Of a stretch of 64,000 bases of DNA, positions 23,001-36,325 are shown piece after piece. Every line of letters begins with the position of its first letter. Position 1 is the first letter of the stretch. The stretch lies in assembly GCF_000143415.4 (NCBI RefSeq), contig NW_003314261.1, positions 2,305,266 through 2,369,265 of the forward strand, in the 5' to 3' direction. This DNA is from Selaginella moellendorffii (Eukaryota; Plantae; Lycopodiophyta). Both the position numbers and the translations under genes were made by a program. A model generated the notes under the pieces. That model did not search any database and was not told the DNA's origin. It saw nothing but the letters and a program-made list of their open reading frames with translations.

Positions 23001-24760
23001 TTGTATATCTTTTCACACAGAAGGAGTTGAACACTCAGCAAGCTCATTGGATGGTCAAACTTATGGAGTTTGGGGAGTTTCCTATTGAGCATCGTCCGGG
23101 AAAATCAAATATGGTGGCAGATGCTTTATCTCGTGTTCGTCATGTGACGACGTTACAAACACGATTTTGTCATCATTTGAGTAAGGTGGTCAACGAGTTT
23201 GGGCAGTTGGTTGAGCATGCTCAGGCTTAGGATGCTGAGGTGGCCTCTTTGCGAGACCAGATGGAAGTTCCTTTCTCATTGGTGGATGGGATTCTCTACT
23301 ACAATGGCCGTGTATATTTGCCATGGGTGGATGTGTTAATTACTCAAGTTTTATTCCACTATCATGATCGTCTAGAGGCCGGTCATTTTGGGGGGAAGAA
23401 GACGTATGAGTTGATTAAGCACAACTTTTATTGGAGGAATATGAAGGCTGATATCCTCAAGTATTGTAAATCATGCAAGCTTTGTCAGCGGGTTAAGGTG
23501 CCATTGGAGAAGCCGGGGGGACTTTTGCAACCTTTACCTATTCCTCAGAGCTGTTGGTGTAGTATCTCTATGGACTTCATCACTTGTTTGCCACGAATAC
23601 AGAGGCAAAAGGAGCAAGTATGGATCATAGTGGATCGGTTAACAAAGTATGTGCGATTGTTGGCTCTTTGGAAGAATGTCACTGCCTCAGACTTGGCTGC
23701 AGTTTACTTGGAGAAGGTTTTTCCTGATTTTGGTTTGCCGGAGGACATCATTAATGATCGAGATTCAAAGTTCACCAGTGGATTTTGGAAAAACTTTGCA
23801 AAGGCTATGCAAGTGACTTTGAAACTCTTGAGTGGAGATCATCCTCAGACAGATGGGCAAACCGAGCGTGTGAATCAAGTGGTGGAGGATATGCTATGTT
23901 GTAGCATTGGTCAAAGGTAAGGACAATGGGATTTATATCTTCTGTTGGTGCAATTTGCTTACAACAATAGCCAACATAGTGGAACCAAGCTAAGTCCTTA
24001 CTTTGCCATGTTTGGAAAGCATCCTCGAACAATAGTGGACGTTCAAGATAAGCTTGATTCCGAGGTAACTGATCTGGCCACAGAACTTGATGAGATTCTG
24101 GTGGTGTGCAAACGGAATTTGCAAGCAGCTCAGGATAGAGCAGAGAAGTTTGCCAATGAGCATCGCCAATTCTGGGAATATAAGGTGGGTGATCTCGTCT
24201 TTGTGCGCATGATCTTTCCATCAAGTGAGCGGCAGAACACCTTGGTGCCTTTACAGATAGGGAAGAGTGATAAACTTTTCTATCGATATGTTGGTCCATT
24301 TGAAGTGCTGGAGCACATTGGTAAAGCGGCTTGTAGGGTGCGGCTGCTAGCTGAGGTGAAAATTCATCCGGTATTTTATGTCAGCTAGTTGAAAGATGTA
24401 CTATCTCAGAGTGACAAGACCAATGCATCCTTGATGTATACGGCTGTGGACGATGGACGAGGAGCTTGAGCAGAGTTCCCCAGAAAGGGTGATCACTGGT
24501 ACAACTCGTCCTTGGGACAAGGACTTTGTTTGGGGGAAGAATTGTTAGGCGCCAACTTTGACTACGTGGTCAACATTGGTCAAAGGGAGGCTCAAGAGTA
24601 TATTAAGGCATGTTAGGGTAAGGGACTTAACCTACCCTGGGGGCTCACAGTGGAGCTTTTGAGGTAGCTCGGGGGTGGTTGGGTGGTGAGGGACCTCAAG
24701 AGGTGGCATAGCATAGTCTAGGGCAACTAAATCTCTATCTTTTTGCGCCGGATCATAACA
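20043..24760 (+). mobile_element. Ty3/Gypsy element B (4.7 kb, short LTRs) inserted in RT of A
   Basis: LTRs 20043-20264 and 24543-24760 (TG...CA); PBS TGGTATCAAAG; PPT GGGGGAAGAA; TSD ATAGT/ATGGT (1 mismatch). Removal restores SSYGAPVLF. gag-PR(DSGS)-RT-RH-INT(GPF) with stops and frameshifts. Confidence 0.93.
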
Positions 24761-25697
24761 ATGGTGCACCAGTGTTATTTATGAAAAAGAAAGATGGATC
24801 TATGCGCATGTGCATAGACTATCGGTTGCTCAACAAGTATACAAAGAAGAACAAATACCCTTTACCAAGGATTGAGGACTTGTTCGATAGGTTGGGAAAA
24901 GCAAAATACTTCTCGAGGATCGATCTAAGGTCAGGATACTACCAGATCAGAGTAGCAGAGGAAGATGTCAAGAAAACAACCTGTCAGACAAAGTATGGAA
25001 GCTTAGAGTTTTTAGTGATGCCTTTTGGGCTGTGCAATGCACCAGCAACGTTCTTAGTATTGATGAACCACATTTTTGTACTTTATCTGAATCACTTTGT
25101 AGTCGTCTATATTGATGACATCCTAATCTATAGCGAGATGCTAGAAGAGCATGACAAACACTTGATGAAGGTGTTTGAGAAACTAAGGGAACACAAGCTG
25201 TATGCTAAAGAGAGCAAATGTGACTTTGCTCAATAAGAGGTAAAGTTTTTCAAGCATGTGGTGGGCCAAGATGGACTCAAGGTGGACCCTGAGAAGGTCC
25301 AAGTGATCCAGGAATGGGATTGACCATCAAATGTACATGAGTTGAGGGCAGTCTTTGAGCTATGCAACTACTACTAAAAGTTTATCAAACACTATTCGAG
25401 AGTAGCCTTACCCTTAACAGACCAAACGAGTAAAGGGAAGATGGTATGGACAACGGAATGCAAAGTAGCATTTATCCACCTCAAAGGGAAGTTGAGGAAG
25501 ACCCCTGTGTTGGCATTACCAGACTTTGGAAAGAATTTTGAGGTAGAAATAAATGCTTTAGACTTTATGTTGGGCGCAATTTTGAAGCAAGACAACCATC
25601 TAGTGGCGTTCTTCTCGAAGAAGTTGGACAAAGCTCAGCGAAAATGGCTTGCCTACGAGAAGGAATTATTTGCGGTGGTCAAGGCACTCAAGGAGTG
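24761..25697 (+). pseudogene. Element A RT and RNase H fragment
   Basis: [44 protein letters not shown]. Confidence 0.9.
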
Positions 25698-25769
25698 AAG
25701 CTCTATTTCGTTAAAGTGGGAATTGTCATTATCCCACTTGTAAAATAAGGTTTCCAAACCTTTATATAT

Positions 25770-28700
25770 GCTTTTACCCTTCCTCCTCTGCCCTGGTCGG
25801 TTGTCCATCTCTTTGTCTACAGCGTCTGAAAGCTGTTTTGTAGGTAGCCTAATTTGAGGTTCACGACGTCTCCTTGGCACTTCAACTGTATATTATTGCA
25901 TCAACACATGCAACATCCCATAATATTTTTAAGTTACCTTTCATAAAGTTTTCCATTGGTTCAACTCGTTCCCCTGAAATACAAACTTAGATAAGTGCAT
26001 GGGGCCATATGTCATGATAGTACCTGTTTCAGAACTCTCCTTATCACTCTCCGAGGCCTCCCCCTCCTCCACTGGAGGCACGTTGTTCCATTCGATTTCC
26101 TCGACGCGATCTGCAAGAACATTAGTTAATTGCGTGGGGCCACACGCCATCAAACCTTCAAGTTCTTGTCGTGAGGCCTGCGCTGCTTGCCCTAGTCTCT
26201 TTGGAATTTGAGCTGCAAGAAGCAATGGCATGAGAATTCACGTATAACAAAAATGATTGGTACCTCTCGTCCGTTGTACTTGGCTGGTGCTTGCCTGTTT
26301 TGCCTTTGAAGAAGTGTCTCCTGCAAGGAATGGCATGAGACCACACGCCATTGCAAATATAATTTGTACCTCCTTTTTTCCTATTGCTTGTCTGTTTGTC
26401 CTTCTTTGACACGCCACCAGTGCGCTTTTCAGTCCTCGTGTCTGAATATTCACAACGATCTATAATCAAAATGGCGTGAGGCCTCACGTGACCTTACCTT
26501 GTGCAAGTTGTGAGCTCGGCCCAACATGGGTATCTTCAATAGTAGCTGTTAACGTCGTTTCAGCATCTAGGGGTGGCCACGCTCCTGCATACAGAGCTTG
26601 TGAGATAACATTTAAACTTAAAGTGTGTACTCACCAGGTTTGCAGAGAAGATACTGTTTTTCTTTGGCAACTGTAATTATATGCTCCATTGAAGTCACCT
26701 CTTCAATGGAGTTTGTCACCGCAACACACGGGACACCCTTGAGTAGTGCAGCTCGAAAGAATAGTCCGCCGTAGTTGTACTCGACAACGCATTTGCCCTT
26801 GGAGTCGGAAGCAGGTGACCCACCCGCTATTGCGTTGAAGACCCAGCTGAGCATTTCCCATGCTGCACCTGGAGCTTTCTCTGGATTTGAAAGCTCTATA
26901 GCCGTCTTCAGTTCCTCAGGCACGGGTAAATTGACCTCCCTCAGATCAATTCGATTGGCCTTGTCGAACGAAGCTGGGAAGTCACTCCAGTCACACTCTG
27001 CTGCAGGACCAATAACAAGGGCGAGTGTGAAGATGCGGACATTTGTCAGTATCTTCTTCTTAGCCATTATCCCATGGATCTCCCGCATCTCCTTGCCTTT
27101 CAACCGAGCCTTCACCTTGTTCAAGGCCTTCCAGAACTTGTGATAGGATTCGGAGTCGTAGATCATATAGTGGACTGAAGATTCCACCTCCGCAAGTCCC
27201 ACCATTAAGTCAATGATGGAGCTGACTTCGTCTGCATGAGTGATCTCCTCGTTTGTGAAGTCCATCACACAAAAGATGTTCTTGACCTGCTCATCTCCGT
27301 GGGAAACGATGCTCCTCCACCTTTGATCCTCATCCGAATTCACGTATACCCGGTAAGGTTCTCAATAGGCCTTTGCTGCGGGGTCGAGCTGTTTCTGAAG
27401 CCAGGGGTCGACATCCCTCTTAATGAAATTTGGATACTGATCCAACTTCTCAGCTTTACTTTTCGTGGCATCCCGCAGCAGATCGATGAACTTGGGGGCC
27501 CCCTTCACGTACTCGTCAATGTCTTCATTTGACAACTCTAGCTCTTCCATCATCTCTTGCGTGGTGTCGATGCTCACCCTCTCCACGGCCACTTGCTCGA
27601 AGATCCAATCCTTCAATAGCGCACAAGCTCTCAGAGTCGTGCACAAGTCCTCGTATGTCACAATATGGCCGAGAGTTATTTTGGTCTTGTTGAAGACTAC
27701 CTCACCACTTAGAAGAGCATTAGCCACTATCAGAAGGTCGTCGTCGTCTAGAGACCGCGAGAAACACAAGGCGTTGAGCTTCAAATCATTGGGCTTCCGG
27801 CCGTCCTCCACACAAATTGAGTTTAGCAACTCCCCGTCATGGTACCTCCTCAGCACATCTACCCATTTGTCAAAAACAACTTTTGTCGCGAGTAGAATGT
27901 TATGGATGCTGAGTGTGTCATTGACCCCCAGTGTTTTCGAGAGAAGACTCGAGAATTCCTGCAATGGAAATGGCGTGAGGCCACATGCTATGCCACATGC
28001 AACGAGGCTTACCTGCCAGGCACTAGTTGCTAGTGCACGTCCTTGTCCTGGTTTTTGTGGCTTCTTCAGTTGAACCCAGAGCTTCCGTGTTCGTGCCAAT
28101 GTCTCGTGCAGACCCGATTTGTAGCACGTTTCTTGCTTGACATTCTGCGCGTGGGAGATGTATATGATAGATCGGAGGGGCGAGTTGCCTTTTATCAGGC
28201 GGACAACTCTTGTCTTGAAGACTTTCTTCACCTCCTCGCCCACCATAATATCCACAACTATCTCTTGCATTGCCAAGCTAGAATGCTGTCTGGAGACGGC
28301 ATAGAACCGGATGTTTTGATCGTCCAACACCTTCCTATTGATCAAGTCTGGAAACCTCGTCTCGCCATTCATTGTTCAGTAGTAGGGGATCATATCTGCG
28401 ATGTCGGGTGTTACTAGACTTGCCAGCATCTTCTGCTTCAGTTTCTCCACCCACTCATCAGATACTAGCCTGTGGTTGTATTTGCTTTGGATGTCGATGT
28501 GGCTCACGTCGATTGTATATACTTTGTTGGAATAGTAACAAGTACTATTATCTGCGATGATTTTTGCTGCCTCTTCTTGCTCTTTCTGCTCTTTGCGGCT
28601 CTTCTTTTTGGTGGGTGTAGTGTTCGAACCCGAGGCAATGGCATCACTGAGTAGCTTCTTTTTTGGAGCAGAAGAGTCGGACGTCGGCTTGAGCTTGACC

Positions 28701-29433
28701 ACCCTTTTCTGCTTCGGGGTAGTTTCCAGATCAACCCCCTTCCCCTTCGCTTCGCGAACTGGAGTCACTCTCAACGGCTCAATGTTGGAATATAGTTTTT
28801 GAACATCGCCGTAGGTGAGGTCCGTGGATTCCATGTGATCTTCATAGACCCGCAGCGTCTTTGAAATTGTGGGCCTCCTGGACAACCTCTCCCTAGCTCC
28901 CTCTAGGAATTCCTCATAGCCGCTGCCCCCCTCCGGGAAGCCGCTAGGATGTGCAAGGTGAATCTTGAAGGCGGATGCTGTCTCTACCACAAGTGCCAGT
29001 CCACATTCTTGCATGGAACTGCATGGAGTGTCTGTCACTTGGATGAGGATCCCCATGCATTCTTTTCTCCCACCATCTGTGTTGTACAGCCTCAGATCCT
29101 CGCCTTCCATCCCGAAAGTCCAACTCGTGAGCTCCTCCCCCTTCTCTGCATCCACATTGACAGTGGCTGGAAGAAAAATGCAATTCCTCGCCTGTTCAGA
29201 AATGCACAAAAATTAGAGCTGACAGATGAAAAGCTAGCAGCTGGAAATAACGTGGGGCCACACGCCATTCACCACTGCATCAGATGTCTTGAGGCTGCAT
29301 CCTAAGATGGCGTGAGGCTACACGCCATCTGTAACCGGACTGCACTTGAGAGCCCAATTGGTGCATGCCAATGTTGCTACTGAATGGCATGTGGCCTCAT
29401 GCCATTTTCTACTTGGCCTAAACGACTTACCAT
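25770..29433 (-). pseudogene. Cargo gene, copy 2 (ParB-like + MTase-like; FCP1 exon absent, extra low-complexity exons present)
   Basis: ATG at 29433-29431. ORFs 28376-29209, 27362-28372 and 26618-27343 share one frame with two CGA>TGA stops. Homology to copy 1 ends near 26281; the 3' boundary is approximate. Confidence 0.75.
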
Positions 29434-30452
29434 TTGAAGCTGAATGGAGGCATGACAATTGAGGCCGGACTCGCTGGCGAATGTGCACTGTGTGTGCAGC
29501 GGATCGTAGCATCAAGGCTACTCTGCCACTTATAGTTGGAGAGTGGCACTGAAATCTCCCAGGACGCCAAGTGGGATGTGTGTGGGTGGCAGAGTGGGCG
29601 GCGGAGTTGGCGGCGAAGTTACAAACTGGGTGTGTCTTGAAGTGGACGCCGATGCACACGAGCGCGATGCAAGCGCAAGTGTGATGCAAGCACGAGTGGA
29701 TGCCGATGCACACGAGAAACCTGTAAAGAAGGTAGATGAGCGCGAATGTGAGCATGAGTGTGCGTGCGTGAGTACGAAGCAAAATGCAAAACCTAACTTC
29801 ACACGCGCGAAATGTCACGACGGTTGGTAATCCCGCAACGTCATCATTCCTCGGACTTGGGCGCCACCATTAATTTCTGGATCGCCGCACGCATGCATGC
29901 AGGTGAAATCCAAAAGAAATCCGCAACGTCATCATTTTCCTCGGACTGCATGCACGTGAAATCCAAAAGAAAGATCATGATTGGGATATCATTTAATACC
30001 CTCGCTATATTTATACCATGCATGATTGGATGTTCTAAAGCATCTTGTATTTCCAAAAATGCCAGATGTTCAGCTAAATAAAGAATGGTATACAATGTCC
30101 TTCTTGATGACCCTGCAAAGAAGCATCTCGATCGGACACCACATGAGACCACATGAGCCTTACAATGTTTCAGGGGCATTTGCCATAGATCCGACCGTTA
30201 TTTTGCTCCAAGATTCTACAGTTTGGTGTGCATTGACCTTTCCATCGATACTACAAAGGGACATCACAATCAGATGCGGGATCACAAGAAACCAACTTCA
30301 CTAACTCTGGTTTCACCAAGATCTACGTAAGGAGTTATGAAATGAAAGGACCCTCTCTATTGAAATGTGTTTATGGTCATAGGGGCATTGTGACATATCA
30401 AAAGATTTTGCATCAAGTTCTGTATTTGCATGTTTATCAAGCTACTGAATTG

Positions 30453-30479
30453 CTAAACCCTAAACCCTAAACCCTAAAC
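30453..30479 (+). repeat. Interstitial plant telomeric repeat / telobox cluster
   Basis: CTAAACCCTAAACCCTAAACCCTAAAC, three full CCCTAAA units. Confidence 0.8.
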
Positions 30480-31627
30480 ATTTGGCAAATGCTGTGTGAA
30501 GAAAGATGCCCTTTCTGGGCAAATGCTGTAAGAGGCAGATGCCGAACAGATGTATCTCAGGCTAGCGAAGGGGACAAACGAAAGCTAGCTATAAACATGA
30601 CGGGATGCAAATAGATTACTAGGCTAGTCCTGCGAAAATCAAAAACCATAATTGAAAACATTGAAAATGCAAAAAGAAAGGTTTATAATATTTTTGAATT
30701 TTAAGCAACCAAAGGAATGTAAGTAGGGCATGTGTTTGTAAGTTTAAAAATGCCTCAACCACTTAAATTCCCAAGTAAATAAAGTTGTTTCTATTTTTGG
30801 TACAGGTAAACTTTATAGCGTGTGGGCTCATGCAATTTTGAACCCAAAAATGCACCAAAAAATGCTCGACTAGCATTATTCTTTGAATGGCGTGTGGCCT
30901 TATATTGCCATAAATGGACGTACACACACAACATAATTATTCCTTTACACGGTGAATAATCTTGGCGCAGATCGCTGACATGGCATGGCAAAGTTCGAAT
31001 CACTGACATGGCATAGCTGGATCGAGGCAAGGACATGATGTGACAAAGTTCAACATCCGACAGCAAAGTCTAGAAGCTACTCAGTTTGAAATTTGTCAGA
31101 GGAATCATAAGATCTGGCTTGTCAGAGGATTTGATGTGACGTTCAAGCGTGTGTTATTTTTGAATTCTCGAACTCATTCCTAGGTCTATCATTTTTGTGC
31201 GCCGTGTTCTTGGTTCCGCTGAGCGCAGTGAGCGCTGCTTGTGTAAGCGGCGTTGTGAGCTGTGGTTTATGCGTCTACGAGCGGTTGCGGCATTGTGAGC
31301 GGCAATTTATGCGAGTGGCAGTTTGTGCGAGCGGCGCTACGAGTAGTTGCGGTGGTGCGAGCGGTGCTACGGTACCACTTCATGCCATCTTAGTTCATCA
31401 CTAGCATATTGCCAATAGTTTCTTTACCTGCCTGTAGCTGTGTGTTTATCAAGATGGCATGAGGCCTCATGCCAATTTTGTGAATGCGAAATTTCACGTG
31501 GGTGTCAATAGCATGTTTGAATAATGGCATGTGGCCTCATGCTATTGAGGTTGTTTGGTATGTTATGATTTAGGCCATTCTCCAATCATTTTTTGTATAG
31601 TCTTAACTTCTTTTCTGCACTTTCAGA

Positions 31628-34600
31628 ATGGCCTTCAGGGTTGGGGAAAAGGTTTACATTTTGAATGGTGGGAAGAGAGTTGCAAAAGCGACCCTTATGT
31701 CTATGGATCGGAACTTTGTTATACACTGTCAAAGGCTTGGGGAAGGCAATGCTGCTGTATCAATAGAGACTGTCTTCGATGGGAATGTGGTCGCTATTGA
31801 ACGAGGAGAGATGGTCTTCGGGGTAAATGTTGTTGTTGCCTTGAAAAATCTTCAGAAGAAAGCAGATGTTGGGGATAGCGCAAGTGCGGCGCATGTTCCC
31901 TCCGTGGATCTTAAGAACCGTGCTACATGGATTCAGGCAAAGGTGTTTCTAAACAACCCCGAGGGGGAGGTGGTAGCTGAGGGCTTAGCCACAGTTGTCG
32001 ATCCAAGAGATGCGGTTGCTAATCAAGAATTGGGCTGAGATGATATTAGAGTTGCGATTTTAGAGGTTGTTGACACAGAAGAAAACAGTCTGACTATTGG
32101 AAGCATTGTGCAATGGAAATTGAGACACTTAGTGTTTGAGAATGTGAAGGATTCACAATCAAACACCACTACAACTGATGACAGAACATCTCTTCATGGG
32201 AAAAGAAAGTACACCTTCCTAAAGCGCAGCCAAAGGGATCTGAGCAACGAACCGACAAGGCAGAAAATGGCGATGGAGGTTCGAATGGTCTCGACAGTTG
32301 CTTGTTGCAAGAGGAGGTGCTGTCAACATGCTGATTGGGATGCTATTGAAGAGGAGAGAGCAAGATACAAGACATTGTCCTGGAAGGCAGCTCGCAATTT
32401 TGTGTATGAGGCATTACGGTCATCTGTTGATGCTTCAGAACATCAGGTGGGGGGCATGGTCTTCCAGAGGGGTTTGGTCTGCATGAAGGCATGGAGAATC
32501 ATTTATGGAGTCCCTCGAACCACATTCTATAGAATCAAAACTGAGTTCGAGGAACAAAGGGTTCAATAGGCAGTCCATGGGAACGACGGTACACACAAAA
32601 CCAGGGGTCATGTTGTATATGGAGAGGCAATCTTCAAGAGGTTTGTCGAGACATGTAGCGAGCAGCAACCACATAAAACCCACCTCTTGGAAGATGGAAC
32701 ATGAGACACCCAACGAGTTCTCCCTTCCATGTATACCAAGGGGGCCATATTGGAAGATGTGAATCGAGAACTCCAGAGTAATGGCTACAGGAAGTTGAGC
32801 CAATCTAGATTTAGTAGATTGTGGAGCAACAGGTTCAGGGATGTGAGTATAGGAAAGTACTCCAGTTTTTCAAAGTGTGAAGAGTGCACTACTATCAAAA
32901 TGGCTTTGTCGAAAAATTCTTGCATCGCTCAAGAGCGAGAGACGTTGGTTAGAAGGCGGCTCGACCACAACATCGAGCAGAGAAGTTGCAGGACTGCATA
33001 TTATCATAATAGGATTCTCTTCATGGAGAGACCTGACTCTTACCTCTGCATCATCCACGACAAAATGGACCAGAAAAAGACGTGCTTACCTCGACTCAAT
33101 CTTGCCCCCAAGGCAATCTCTTCATCCATGCAGCTGCCTGTGTCTCTGTTTGGCATAATCGCTCATGGGCATGGTGCCCAGAACTATGGGAACTTCTTTG
33201 TACCTTTATGGGGTGGCGGGGGTGCAAACATGATGATTGCGTCCCTAGCAAAACACTTAAGGTCTCTGCAAAGTGCGTAGAATGAGCTGAACGGCCAACC
33301 CTTGCATAAGGCCCTTGTCGATCGAACCCCATACAGGGTTCAGCTGGAGGAGGAGCAAAGGCTTGCAGTATCGTGTGGGGCCCCATGCCATCCCAGTGAA
33401 TATGTTGGCCGTCAGATTGTAGGGTTATCACGTGAGGCCTCATGCCATTCCGACGAGGCTGGTCGCCCGGTGAATGCACAGCCTCATCCAAACGAAGCAG
33501 AATCTCAAGGAAGTTCTTGCGGCTGATGTGGCCTTCCACCCCATCTTCTGCTCCAAATAGACAATGCTGGCAGTGAGAACAAAAACATGTACGTCTTCGC
33601 GTACTTGGCGATGCTTGTTGCCAAAGGCATATTTGAAACGGTTACACTTGGCTTTCTCATGGTTGAGCACACTCATGAAGACGTCGATGCCATGTTCAGT
33701 CACCTGGCAGAGTCCCTTCGGTGATCCAATGTCCTCACCCTCCCACAACTCTACGATGAATTCCAAAATTGCATCAAAGGCACTGTTGAAGCTGCACTTG
33801 TGACAGAGGTTCCAGACTTTAAGGGGTTTGTAAAAGGCTACATCAGGGATGGATCCGAAACGCTGATTGGCCACTCCAAGCCTCTTCAGTTTCATTTCAG
33901 CATGCATGACGGTGCTCCAGTGATGAGGTACAAGATGAGAGAATGGGACACAGTGTGGCTGCCAGTGGACGGCATTGAACTCTTCAAGAGAGATCCCATA
34001 ACTGGGGAACCTATGATTCCTCAGGGTTCCCCATGGACGATGCACCCGGATGGACTCAAAGACCAGGAAAGTATAGTGGCCGGGATTAGACAGCATATTG
34101 CCTTCTGGAAGAGGGGGTTGGTGTTTGGTGGAGAATCCTATTTTCAGAGGTGCAAGCCTTTGCTCGAATACTGGGAGAAGATTATATCTGCTATCCAAAA
34201 TGGGCCGGTTGTATATGAAGAATTGGAAGAGTCCTTTTGGCTAGAACCTAGAGCACCAGATAGTAGCGGAATAATGTCCTCTAGAAATGCAGTGACAGAT
34301 AACGATGTTGAGGATCACTATTGTGGGCCGAGGAACAAGAAGCCGGATTCAGCATTCAATCCAGTACAGGTCTGCAAAGGAATGGTCGTGCTTGTCAGAC
34401 CCAGTAATAAAAAACAAATGATATGGGTGGGGCGCTGCATCATTGATGCAGAGGAGGACGCGGAAACTAACTCCTTCAATGTAACTGTGGAGTGGTTCAA
34501 GCCAAGTTCCAGATATACGAAGGATTGCCTAGAAAAGAGATGGGTGCTGAATCCAAGGGATCCCAGCATGAGCATATCGGTGGATAATGTTGTGCATGGT

Positions 34601-34696
34601 TGGATGCGGAAGCAGAGTGCCACCATCACCTTGCTAGACCATGCAAGAGATGCAGCAAGAGCATTCATAACCCGGGTTCAAGGTGAGATTCATTAA
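31628..34696 (+). pseudogene. Sola-like DDD transposase, copy 2
   Basis: Single frame of 3069 bp; stops at 32036, 32567, 33278, 33524 and 33722, all sense codons in copy 1. Confidence 0.85.
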
Positions 34697-36325
34697 TATT
34701 CCTTTACTAAGTTTCTAATGTATTTTATTTCAAGGTGAACAATCCGAATCTGAATCAGAGGAGGCGTGATGGCATGTGGCCTTACGCCATTCCTAGGTGA
34801 GATGATACAAATAACAAGTATAAATTCTTAGTTGTTCTAGCAAATCTTACTTAAAGTTCAAGGTGAACAAGCCGAATATGAATTCATCGGATTGTTATAA
34901 CAAATTGCGAGGTGATGGCATGAGGCGATACGCCATTTGAGAGTGGTAGCCATTCCTATATGAGATGAGTGAAATATTTATTAGAAATACCTCATTCAAT
35001 TGTGCACTTCTAAGTCTTGGTCCACTCAGTACTGTTTGCATGTTTCTATTTTAATTCTTTCTCTAAAATGTTATTTAGCATGTGGCTTCATGCCATTGCT
35101 CTCCACAATCATGCATTGAATTTTTCTATCCTTGCATAATACTTCTCCATATATATAGCATGTGCGCACATGTGATATGGTTCATTAGGCCTGATATAGT
35201 GTGTGAGGTAAAACAAAGATGATGTGACATATGCATTTACCAATCACACTTGCATAAATCTAATAATATGGCGTGTGGCCCATATTAATGGCACATAAAC
35301 CCATATTGTGGGCTTACGTGCTTTATATACCATCATTCCCTTGCAGCGTGTGTGTTGGTTTCCTTTTATAACACAACGAACTCCATATTTTAGGGTGAAG
35401 AGCGTTCTCATGGCAAGCACAAAATCTGTAAGTGAGGCAAAAAAGGAGACGGAGAAGGAGATAGGTGAAGATGTAGAATATATAAGTCTTCCAAACTCCC
35501 CGTACTATACTCCAGGTGATCATTTTTCTGAACAAACGGCAACATTAACAACTATCGAGAACGCCCCAGTAACGTCAGAGACAACAATCCAAAGCAAAAC
35601 AACTGACCGGAGAAGGATGATAGTATCACTGAGAGTACCAAAAAGGAGGTGTCCACTAGCGCTTAGGCTTATAATGGCGTGTGCCCTCATGCCATTTACT
35701 TGATCACCAAATACCTTTTTCCCTTTGCACTAGTATATCTTAATACGGTCTGAGAAATAGAATGGCATGTGCCCTCAGGCCTTTTACTAAATCACCTTTG
35801 AAAGAAATGCAAGCCTCTATGTCGTAAAAAAAAGGTACTAGAGAAATTCCTTAATAATATGAATGTTATTTAGTTTCATGAAAATACACTAAGGGTCAAA
35901 TGAGTTAAATGACTTCTCCAGACTAGCAATGCCTCTTGCTACACCTTCACAATTAGATTCGTTAGAAAAAGATAACATTGAATAATATCTAAATGTTCTC
36001 ACCATTAAGTTATATGTCTGGCTAATAGGAATGACGTTCATCTTGGAAAGCTCACCACACGCTCAATGAACAAACAAATAGTGTGTGCGCGCATGCCATC
36101 GCTCTTTTTTAGCTTCAGATTCGGCTTGTTCACCTTGACAATGAGATTTATTATACAACCAGATGGACTCAGTCTGGACACAAAGTCACCGCGCTAGTCA
36201 CCGTGCCCCAGATATGTCTAGCCCCTGGACAAAAAACATATAATTTCACGTCATTTTCAAATACTTGAAAATTTGTACCTAGTCCCATTTTACTGAATAA
36301 ATCCCACTTTAACGAAATAGAGCTT

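Larger units (their letters stand above)
25698..36325 (+). mobile_element. Large TIR DNA transposon, Sola-like, copy 2 (10.6 kb), inserted in RNase H of A
   Basis: Perfect 24-bp TIRs (25698-25721 and 36302-36325). 4-bp TSD AGTG at 25694-25697 and 36326-36329. Removal restores ALKEWQYYLG. Confidence 0.96.

Noticed and set aside
5536-36325. Segmental duplication or mis-assembly explaining the two similar 10-kb blocks
   Set aside because: Each block has its own TIRs, a distinct TSD in a different host element, and private mutations and deletions.
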